From Myxococcota bacterium (lineage in GTDB: Bacteria > Myxococcota_A > UBA9160 > SZUA-336), in contig CBDFGR010000003.1 in assembly GCA_965247115.1 (NCBI GenBank), forward strand, positions 1,888,001-1,952,000: 64,000 nucleotides of DNA, given 5' to 3'. Positions 7,449 through 15,278 of the stretch are shown here, in pieces (within the stretch, counting starts at the first letter, position 1; each line of letters begins with the position of its first letter). Made by a program: the position numbers and the translations under genes. Under the pieces are notes generated by a model. It did no database searches and was not told the origin of the DNA. It saw only the letters and a program-made list of their open reading frames with translations.

Positions 7449-10010
7449 CTAGGTCAGCGCGCGCAGCCAGCCTCTCAGCTCAGGGACGGCGCGTTGGCGC
7501 AGCTCGGCGTCGAGCTCGAAGCGCTCCAGCGCCTGCTTGAGCGCGCGTGCTGCTGTGGGAATGGGGTGGATCCGGAAGAAGGCACCGACCTGGCGACGGT
7601 AGAGTGGCCGCTGCAGGGCGGGCAGTGCCAGGATTAGCCGCGGTGCCAGGCCAGGGGAGACCCGAGGCGAAAGGTCTTGCCAGCGCGCCCGGATGAACTC
7701 CCAGCTCCGTTCGCGCGCCGCGGGGTTGGCGAACAGGCGTCCGAGTAAGATCACCACGTCCTGTGTCGGGATGTCTTCCGACAGGCTGAGGGCCAGGGTC
7801 CGGTCGATCAGAGCGGGGTCGCGAAAGGCAGCGAGCGCCTGCTGAAAGCGCGTCTTCTCTTGCGGCGTGTTCGCGCGCTTCATCGCGCGCAGGTAGGCGT
7901 CGTAGCGACCCTTGTGTCCATGGCGGGCCGCGAGCTCGACCACCGGTCCGGCGAGGTTCGCGTCGAGCGAGGAGCGATCCTTCAGATATTCGCGGACGCG
8001 GGCCTCCGCTTCGGCGAGCACGTCTGGCTGCTCGGCCAGCCCGCCGAGGATTCGAATCAGCGTCGCACGGCGCTGGCGTTGTGCGTCGGGCTCGCTCCGC
8101 GCGGGGACCCAGCCAAGCTCGGCCAACGAGGGGGCAAAGAGCTCCGACAGCCAGGCGCGGAAGCGGGCGGCGAGGGACGCTCGCAGGCGGGGCAGGACCT
8201 GGTCCTCGAGCCAGCTCAGGGGTGCGATGAGGCGCTCGAGCACTTCGGGCTCGGGTTCCCGGGAGAGACTCGACACCAGGTCCAGCAGATCGGCCAGCTC
8301 GGCCCTGGCCGCTCGATAGCCCGCCCACTGGTGCCCGAGCAGGCCCATCCGTTCTACCGCGGAGAGCCGGTTTGTGTCCTGTCCCAGCGAGCGGAGCAGG
8401 ACGCTCGTGTGCAGCGGTCGATAAAAGCCCGACTCGTCGGCGTTGGCGTAGACCCAGCGCACGTCTTCGGCGGGGTCCAGGTCGAACCGCGAGCTCTTGC
8501 CTTCGAGCAGTACGCGCTCGAGTCGGCTGCGCCCCCGCGCCGGCTGCACACGCAGCACCGCAGGGATGGGCCAGTGCCCGGGGGCGTCGGCTGCACGCTG
8601 CCGCGGGCTCGAGCGGAAGCGTTCCTGACGGAACTCGAGCCGGGGCTGCCCCTTCCCTGAGCTCATTCGAACCACAAGCAGAGGAAAGCCCGGGCGCTCG
8701 ATCCAGGGTCGGACCACGGACTGGATGGGGCGTCCGGAGGCCGCTTCCAGGGCGTTCCATAGGTCGGCCGCGCGCGCGTTCCCCTCCCTGTGCTTTCGGA
8801 TGTAGGCACGCACGCCCTTGCGGAATGTGCGGGCGCCGAGCCAGCGCTCGACCATCCGCACCACGGAAGCGCCCTTCTCGTAAGTGATGGCGTCGAAGTT
8901 CTCGGTCGCCTCGTCGGGCGTTCCGACTTCCGCGTAGATCGGGTGGGTGTTTTCGAGCCCGTCGAGCGCATAGGCGGCCGCGCGGTGCTGATCGAAGTCG
9001 AGCCACATGCGCCACTCCGGCTTCCACTGATCGACGACAGTGAACGCCATCCATGTGGCGAAGGCCTCGTTGAGCCAGAGGTCGTCCCACCACTCCATGG
9101 TGACGAGATCGCCGTACCACATGTGCGCAAGCTCGTGCGCGATGACCTCTGCGACCCGCTTCTGCTCCGCGAGCGTGACCGTCCTGGGATCGAGCAGGAG
9201 CAGACTCTCGCGAAAGGTGACCGCCCCGGCATTCTCCATGGCACCGAACTCGAAGTCCGGCACGGCGATGAGGTCGAGCTTGCCGTAGGGGTAGGGCAGT
9301 CCGAAATACTTCTCCAGCCGTCCGAGGGACTCCACAGCGGCCTCGAGCGCGAAGCCCGCGAGATGTTTCTTGCCGGGCACGGACCAGACACGAATCGGTG
9401 TAGGGCCGAGACGGCGCGTGCGAGAGGCCTCCAGCTCGCCCACGATCAGCGCGATCAGGTAGGTCGAGAGCGGGGGTGTCTCTGCGAAGCTGACGGTCTT
9501 GCTCCGGCCCCGCTTTCGCGTGCGAATGAGCGCCCCGTTAGAGACGACAGAGTTGCGCTCCGGCGTTGTGACCTGCAGGTGGAAGCGCGCCTTCATGTCC
9601 GGCTCGTCGAAGCAGGGAAAGAAGCGCCGTGCGTCCGCGGCCTCGAGCTGCGTTGCGGCGTAGCGTCGCCGGCCCGAGCGGGCCAGGTAGAGGCCGCGCA
9701 GGTCCGAGCGCAACGGCCCCTCGAACTCGAGCCGCAGCTGAGCTTGCCCAGGGCGGAGCCTGCGGGCGAGGTCGATGCGGAGGGTCTCGCGCTTGTCGTC
9801 AAGGCGACTGCCGCGGACCTCGATCGGTCCATCGGTATCGCCAACTACGATTGTCCGGATTGTGAGCTCGACTGCGTGAAGCTCGATCTCGGCCGTTCCC
9901 CTGTGAACGGCAAGCTCGATCTCCACCTCGCCCCGATATTCGTCCGCTCGGGGGTCGACCGTGAGGTGGAGATTGTAGGAGCAGGGCAGCGTGGAGCGGG
10001 AGAGGCGCAT
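7449..10010 (-). CDS. pepN: M1 family aminopeptidase (PepN/puromycin-sensitive type with ERAP1-like C-terminal domain)
   Basis: GAMEN, HELAH-x18-E (WLNEAFA), FPCFDEP, YEKGASV. Confidence 0.95.
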   Translation of the reverse strand: MRLSRSTLPCSYNLHLTVDPRADEYRGEVEIELAVHRGTAEIELHAVELTIRTIVVGDTDGPIEVRGSRLDDKRETLRIDLARRLRPGQAQLRLEFEGPLRSDLRGLYLARSGRRRYAATQLEAADARRFFPCFDEPDMKARFHLQVTTPERNSVVSNGALIRTRKRGRSKTVSFAETPPLSTYLIALIVGELEASRTRRLGPTPIRVWSVPGKKHLAGFALEAAVESLGRLEKYFGLPYPYGKLDLIAVPDFEFGAMENAGAVTFRESLLLLDPRTVTLAEQKRVAEVIAHELAHMWYGDLVTMEWWDDLWLNEAFATWMAFTVVDQWKPEWRMWLDFDQHRAAAYALDGLENTHPIYAEVGTPDEATENFDAITYEKGASVVRMVERWLGARTFRKGVRAYIRKHREGNARAADLWNALEAASGRPIQSVVRPWIERPGFPLLVVRMSSGKGQPRLEFRQERFRSSPRQRAADAPGHWPIPAVLRVQPARGRSRLERVLLEGKSSRFDLDPAEDVRWVYANADESGFYRPLHTSVLLRSLGQDTNRLSAVERMGLLGHQWAGYRAARAELADLLDLVSSLSREPEPEVLERLIAPLSWLEDQVLPRLRASLAARFRAWLSELFAPSLAELGWVPARSEPDAQRQRRATLIRILGGLAEQPDVLAEAEARVREYLKDRSSLDANLAGPVVELAARHGHKGRYDAYLRAMKRANTPQEKTRFQQALAAFRDPALIDRTLALSLSEDIPTQDVVILLGRLFANPAARERSWEFIRARWQDLSPRVSPGLAPRLILALPALQRPLYRRQVGAFFRIHPIPTAARALKQALERFELDAELRQRAVPELRGWLRALT

Positions 10011-10100
10011 CGCCAGCGCGGATCTTAGTCTGCCCCCAGGGGCACCGAAAGCCCCGCAGCACTTGAACTCCCATCGAGTCCCCGCTTAGGTCTTTTCAGC

Positions 10101-11564
10101 ATGCCCGTGACACCAGGCTACGTCCTTGCTCTCGATCTGGGCTCGACGAGTGTGCGTGCCCTCCTTGTGGCTGCGAGCGGCAGCATCTGTGCGCGCGCCC
10201 AACGTCCGCTGTCGGCCGCGTTTCCCCGGCGCGGCTGGGTCGAGCAGGACCCGAACGAGATGTGGCGGCTCGGGGTCGAGGCGTTGCGCGAGGTGATGTC
10301 ACGGACCAGTGTCGATCCTCACGAGGTTGCTGCTCTGGGTGTGGTCACCCAGCGCGCCACGGCACACTGCTGGGACGCGGTGACCGGAGAGCCGCTTGCT
10401 CCCGCGATCAGCTGGCAGGACACACGCACGGCGGAGCGGGTACGCGCGCTGCGCGACCTCGGGCTTCCGATCAACACGCTGGCAACCGCGACCAAGTTCG
10501 AGTGGCTGCTCCGGAACGAGTCGCGCGTGGGCGAGGCAGCCCGGGAGGGTCGACTGCGGCTGGGCACTCCAGACGCCTGGCTCACGTCCAGGCTCACGAG
10601 CTCCGGCGCGCACGTGACGGATCCCGGAAGTGCGTCGTGCACGGCGCTCCTCGACTCCACAGCAGGGGACTGGGCGCCCGGGCTGCTGGAGCTCTTTCAT
10701 GTTCCGCACGAGGTGCTGCCCGAGGTCGTAGCAACGAGCCAGGTGGTGGGTACGACTCATCGCGACCTGCTGGGCGCTCCCATTGCGGTGGCCGCTCGAG
10801 CAGGGGATCAGCAGGCGGCCGCGTTCGCCCAGGGCGTTCACGCCAAAGGGCAGGCCAAGCTCACGCTCGGGACGTCGGCGATGCTCGATCTGCACGTGGG
10901 TAGCGCCCCCGTCGTGCCAGAGCCCGGGAGCTACCCGCTCGTGCTCTGGGGTCTCGGCGACTCGGAGCTGGCTCATTGCCTGGAGGCGAGTGTGATCACC
11001 GCGGGGGCCGCCCTCGACTGGTTGGCCGAGCTCGGCGTCGGCGCGGACGCGGGCGAAGTGGATCGGTTGGCCCGCGAAGCGGACTCGACTGGGGGAGTGC
11101 TCTTCGTGCCGGCCCTTCAAGGACTGGGCTCGCCCTTCCTCGACGAGAGCGCGACGGCCATGTTCGCCGGTCTGACACGTGGCTCAGGGAGATCCGAGCT
11201 CGCACGCGCGGTCCTGGAGGGCGTCGCGCACCGCTGCGTCGACCTGTGCGAGACCCTGAAGCCCGCGGGAGAGCTGCCTGCGGACGGCGGGCTCGCGCGA
11301 AGCGACTTCCTGCTGCAGGCTATCGCCGACCTCGGCGGCGTAGAGATCCTCCGCGCGGCCGAGCCAGAGACCACGGGGTTGGGCGCTGCCTTCCTCGCCG
11401 GCCTCGCCACCGAGGTCTTTGCGAGCCCCGCCGACTGCCGAGCCCGCCTCCCCGCGCCCACTCGCTTCGCCCCCCGCACCGACGCTCACCACCGGAGCGC
11501 TGAGCGTAGCCGCTGGCGCACCCTCCTCGAGCGGAACGTGGGGACGGTCCTCAATGGGACCTAG
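10101..11564 (+). CDS. FGGY-family carbohydrate kinase, glycerol kinase-like
   Basis: Motifs LDLGSTSVRA, GWVEQDP, ISWQDTRT, GDQQAAAF, DGG, ETTGLGAA. Confidence 0.9.
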   Translation: MPVTPGYVLALDLGSTSVRALLVAASGSICARAQRPLSAAFPRRGWVEQDPNEMWRLGVEALREVMSRTSVDPHEVAALGVVTQRATAHCWDAVTGEPLAPAISWQDTRTAERVRALRDLGLPINTLATATKFEWLLRNESRVGEAAREGRLRLGTPDAWLTSRLTSSGAHVTDPGSASCTALLDSTAGDWAPGLLELFHVPHEVLPEVVATSQVVGTTHRDLLGAPIAVAARAGDQQAAAFAQGVHAKGQAKLTLGTSAMLDLHVGSAPVVPEPGSYPLVLWGLGDSELAHCLEASVITAGAALDWLAELGVGADAGEVDRLAREADSTGGVLFVPALQGLGSPFLDESATAMFAGLTRGSGRSELARAVLEGVAHRCVDLCETLKPAGELPADGGLARSDFLLQAIADLGGVEILRAAEPETTGLGAAFLAGLATEVFASPADCRARLPAPTRFAPRTDAHHRSAERSRWRTLLERNVGTVLNGT

Positions 11565-11617
11565 CTCCGCTGCTGGGCCACGCGGAAGAATTCGGTAGAG
11601 AACCGTCCCCAGGTTCC
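11533..11617. repeat. REP-like inverted doublet of the GGGGACGGTCCT motif
   Basis: GGAACGTGGGGACGGTCCTC (11533-11552) versus GAGAACCGTCCCCAGGTTCC (11598-11617), 18/20 complementary. Confidence 0.75.
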
Positions 11618-11642
11618 GGTTCTCGGCGTGTAGAATTGCGGG

Positions 11643-11993
11643 ATGCGTATTACACGGCTCTATACGGGGGACGACGGCGAGACTCATTTCGAGGATGTGG
11701 AGCCGAAGCTCGAGGCCGGGGGGGGTGTGGGACGGATGTCAGAGCTCGAGGGGGCGACGGGCATCGTGTTTCGCGAGACCGACGGCGGCTACGACCTCGA
11801 CTTCCACAACGCGCCGCGCCGGCAGTACGTCATCAACCTGGAAGGCTCGGTGGAGATAGAGACGGGCGACGGCACGAAGCGCGTCTTTGGCCCGGGCGAC
11901 ATCCTCCTTGCGGAGGACCTGACAGGACGCGGCCACATCAGCCGGGCCGTTGGCGGGCAGGCTCGCCGCAGCATTTTCGTCACGTTGGACTGA
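11643..11993 (+). CDS. Cupin-fold hypothetical protein
   Basis: RLYTGDDGETHFED, FHNAPRRQYVINLEG, GDILLAEDLTGRGH. TAGAAT lies 6 nt upstream of ATG. Confidence 0.85.
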   Translation: MRITRLYTGDDGETHFEDVEPKLEAGGGVGRMSELEGATGIVFRETDGGYDLDFHNAPRRQYVINLEGSVEIETGDGTKRVFGPGDILLAEDLTGRGHISRAVGGQARRSIFVTLD

Positions 11994-12010
11994 AGACGAC
12001 GGGAGGGAGC

Positions 12011-12889
12011 GTGAGTATCTCCGCGGCCGAGCGCTACGAGAAGAAAACGCTCGACGTGCTCGGCAAGCGAATGGCGTACGTCGACGTGGGGAGCGGCGAT
12101 CCGATCGTCTTTCTCCACGGGAACCCGACCTCGTCTTATCTGTGGCGCAACATCATTCCCCATGTAGAGGGACAGGCACGCTGCATAGCGCCCGACCTGA
12201 TCGGGATGGGCGACTCCGAGAAGCTCGAGCCAAGCGGGCCGGAAAGCTACACGTTCCTGGAACACAGCCGCTATCTGGACGCTTTCTTCGCGGGCTTGAA
12301 CCTCGACCGCAACGTTGTGCTCGTCATACACGACTGGGGCTCCGCGCTCGGCTTCTACTGGGCGGAGCGCAATCCGACAGCAGTCCGCGGGATCGCGTAC
12401 ATGGAGAGCATCGTCCAGCCTCTGACCTGGGATACGTGGCCGCCGCCCGCCAGGGACGTCTTCAAGGCGCTTCGCTCCGAGCACGGCGAGGCGCTGATTC
12501 TCGAGCAGAACATCTTCGTCGAGCAGATCCTACCTGGCGCGATCCAGAGGGAGCTCAGCCCTGCGGAGCTCGAGGTCTACCGCAGGCCATATCTGGAGGC
12601 CGGCGAGAGCCGCCGGCCGACCCTGACCTGGCCCCGCCAGATCCCGCTCGAGGGCGAGCCGAAGGACGTCGTTCGTGTCGTCGACGCCTACGGCCGCTGG
12701 CTCGCAGAGAGCGACGTGCCAAAGCTCTTCGTAAACGGCGAGCCTGGAGCAATCCTGCGCGGACCCCAGCGCGACTTCTGTCGCGGCTGGCCCAACCAGA
12801 CCGAGATAACCGTCCCCGGCTCGCACTTCATCCAGGAAGACTCCCCCCACGAGATCGGCGAAGCCCTCTCCCGCTGGTACGACGCCTAG
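12011..12889 (+). CDS. Haloalkane dehalogenase (DhaA/LinB-like)
   Basis: LHGNPTSSYLWRN, nucleophile motif HDWG, catalytic Glu in YMES, HFIQEDSP. GTG follows the SD GGGAGG. Confidence 0.95.
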   Translation: MSISAAERYEKKTLDVLGKRMAYVDVGSGDPIVFLHGNPTSSYLWRNIIPHVEGQARCIAPDLIGMGDSEKLEPSGPESYTFLEHSRYLDAFFAGLNLDRNVVLVIHDWGSALGFYWAERNPTAVRGIAYMESIVQPLTWDTWPPPARDVFKALRSEHGEALILEQNIFVEQILPGAIQRELSPAELEVYRRPYLEAGESRRPTLTWPRQIPLEGEPKDVVRVVDAYGRWLAESDVPKLFVNGEPGAILRGPQRDFCRGWPNQTEITVPGSHFIQEDSPHEIGEALSRWYDA

Positions 12890-12929
12890 CTGAACGAATG
12901 TCCCCAAAGTCCCACCTCAGTGACCAGAG

Positions 12930-13116
12930 GTTCCGACTTCGGCCAAGCAACTTATGATCAAGGACCGTCCCCAAGTTATAATTCCGTGGAGAACGGGCAA
13001 CGTCCTACGAGGCTTGGCAACCCTGCAAGCGCCGCGAACGCGGCGCGCGCAGCGAAGGCCTCTGGCCTGAGCGAAGGTGGGTGGCCCGCGGCCGCCCGCG
13101 GGCCGGGTCCCACAAG
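12930..13116 (-). repeat. Structured dispersed intergenic repeat, copy 2 (long form)
   Basis: Reverse complement aligns with 6203-6386 over its whole length. Confidence 0.92.
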
Positions 13117-13121
13117 GCGGG

Positions 13122-14600
13122 CTAGACGCTCGCGAGGCGCGTCCGGTAACGCGCGTAGTGCAGCATGTGCGCCAGGGCGTTCACCGCGCGATGGCCGGAC
13201 GGGAAGGGCAAGCGTCCGGATTCCTTGACACCGAGCGGGCCCGGGTTGCCGTACGCACGATCCGTGTAGACCAGGTCGGAGGCGACGAGGATCGGCTTTG
13301 CGTGGTGCTCGCTCGCCTCGGCAGCGGCCCGAGCATAGCGCCCGTCCTGTGACTGGTGGAACTTGACCATGCGGTCCAGGCCGAAGTCTGGATGGAACGG
13401 CCCGCTTTGGAAGACGTTCGCCTGCGCTGCCTGAATGCCGATGCCCAGATAGATGATCGCGTCGACGTCGGGATGCGCGGCCATCAGCTCCAGCACCTCC
13501 GGCACGGTGTCACGCGTCTCTCCCCCGGCCAGGTCGATCGGGTTGCCACGGCTCCAGCGCGAAGGCACCAGGCCGTCGATCTGCTCGCGCAAATCCTCGG
13601 GAAGCGGGATGAGCTCGAGGCCAGCCCGCGCGCAGGCGTCGGCCGTCAACACTCCCCAGCCGCCGGCCACGGTAAACACCAGTGTCCTTGGCCCGCGCGG
13701 CAGGGGCTGGCACGCAAAGCTGGCCGCGGTGTCGTATGCCTCTTCGACGGTGGGGGCGCGGGTGATGCCCGCCTGCCTGCAGACACCTGCAAAGACGCGC
13801 TCGTCGGATGCCAGCGCGCCGGTGTGGCTCGCGGCGGCTTGCTTGCCCCCGCGCGAGACGCCGCCCCGCACGACGACCAGCGGCTTGCGCTTCGTGTGGG
13901 ATCGCGCCACCTCGAGGAAGCGCCTGCCGTCCTGCAGGCCCTCCACGTACGCCAGGCTCACGGCGGTGTCGGGATCTTCGGCGTAGTACTCCAGGTAATC
14001 CGCCAGCTCGAGCTGTGCGCTGTTGCCGATGGAGATTCCCTTGGAAAAGCCCACCCCCGTGAGGCTCCCGTAGTTCATGAAGCTCGAGCCCAGGTTCCCG
14101 CTCTGGCTCACCATCGAGATCGGCCCGGGGGGTGGATACGGCGCCACGATCTGCGCGAACATCGACACGGGCGTGGAGATCAGTCCCTGCCCGTTGGGGC
14201 CTGCGATCACGATGCCGAGCTTCTTCCCGAGCTCCACGAGACGTCGTTCGAGCTCGCGACCTCGCTCGTCCGCTTCGGCGTAGCCGGCAGAGGCGACGAA
14301 GGCCGCACTCACGCCGACCTGCGCGCACTCGCGCAGGAGCTCCTCGTTCACCTGATTGGGTGTACAAACGAACACGAGATCCGCCTCGCCCTTTGGCACC
14401 TCGAGCACGCTCTTGTACGTGCGGTGCCCCAGGATCTCGGTGCCCTCGCGGTTGATGCCGAAGACGCGGCCTTTGTAGCCCATGGACAGCAGGTTGTGAT
14501 ACGCGACCGTCCCGAACTTGCCAGGATGGGCGGACACGCCGGTCACGATCACCCCCTGGGGGAGAAAGAGCGGCCGCAGTCGGTCCAGCACCTGGTTCAC
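13122..14600 (-). CDS. Acyl-CoA synthetase (NDP-forming), CoA-binding alpha subunit
   Basis: GPNGQG, VSQSGNL, SIGNSA, phospho-His motif AAASHTGALA, NPIDL. Confidence 0.92.
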   Translation of the reverse strand: MNQVLDRLRPLFLPQGVIVTGVSAHPGKFGTVAYHNLLSMGYKGRVFGINREGTEILGHRTYKSVLEVPKGEADLVFVCTPNQVNEELLRECAQVGVSAAFVASAGYAEADERGRELERRLVELGKKLGIVIAGPNGQGLISTPVSMFAQIVAPYPPPGPISMVSQSGNLGSSFMNYGSLTGVGFSKGISIGNSAQLELADYLEYYAEDPDTAVSLAYVEGLQDGRRFLEVARSHTKRKPLVVVRGGVSRGGKQAAASHTGALASDERVFAGVCRQAGITRAPTVEEAYDTAASFACQPLPRGPRTLVFTVAGGWGVLTADACARAGLELIPLPEDLREQIDGLVPSRWSRGNPIDLAGGETRDTVPEVLELMAAHPDVDAIIYLGIGIQAAQANVFQSGPFHPDFGLDRMVKFHQSQDGRYARAAAEASEHHAKPILVASDLVYTDRAYGNPGPLGVKESGRLPFPSGHRAVNALAHMLHYARYRTRLASV

Positions 14601-15247
14601 GCCGGATCCACTTCGACCAGGGCGTCGACGATCACGGGCTCCGCACCGGAGATGATGAGCGGGTTGAGATCGATGGAGTGGATCTCCGGTCGTTCGAGAC
14701 CGATGCGCCCCAGGCCCTCGAGAACAAAGCCAAGTTTCTCTCGGTCGACTGGGGGCTCACCCCGAAACGCGTCGAGGATCTCGCGGTGCTCCAGCGCATC
14801 GATCAGATCGCCTGCGTCCCAGCGTTCCAGCGGAGCGACCGCGAACGCAACATCGTTCAGCGCCTCCGCGAAGATCCCGCCCAGGCCAAGCATCACGCAG
14901 GGTCCGAACTGCGCGTCGTGCAGCAGCCCCGCAATCAGCTCGCGCCGGCCGTTTACCATGCGTGCGACCAGCAGGCCGGCCTTGCTCTCTTCGGGTCCCC
15001 GCAACCCAAGCAGCGCCTCCGCCTCGGCCGCGACGCGAGTCGGCGTGTCCAGCCCCAGGCGCACGAGGTCGCGTTCGCTCTTGTGCGCGACGCCGCGCCC
15101 GCACAGCTTGAGCGCAACGGGATAACCGAGCCCTTCAGCGGCGCAGATCGCCAGCTCGGCGTCCTCGACCAGGTACTCGGGCGGGACCGGGATGCCGAAC
15201 GTCTCGAGGAGTCGCTTCGACTCGAACTCTGAGAGGGTCGTGGCCAC
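14597..15247 (-). CDS. Acyl-CoA synthetase (NDP-forming), ATP-grasp beta subunit
   Basis: LSEFESKRLL, GYPVALK, HKSE, FGPCVMLGLGGIFAE, IDLNPL. Confidence 0.92.
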   Translation of the reverse strand: MATTLSEFESKRLLETFGIPVPPEYLVEDAELAICAAEGLGYPVALKLCGRGVAHKSERDLVRLGLDTPTRVAAEAEALLGLRGPEESKAGLLVARMVNGRRELIAGLLHDAQFGPCVMLGLGGIFAEALNDVAFAVAPLERWDAGDLIDALEHREILDAFRGEPPVDREKLGFVLEGLGRIGLERPEIHSIDLNPLIISGAEPVIVDALVEVDPA

Positions 15248-15278
15248 GCGCCCGGCAGTCTAGCACCGCACCCGTGCG

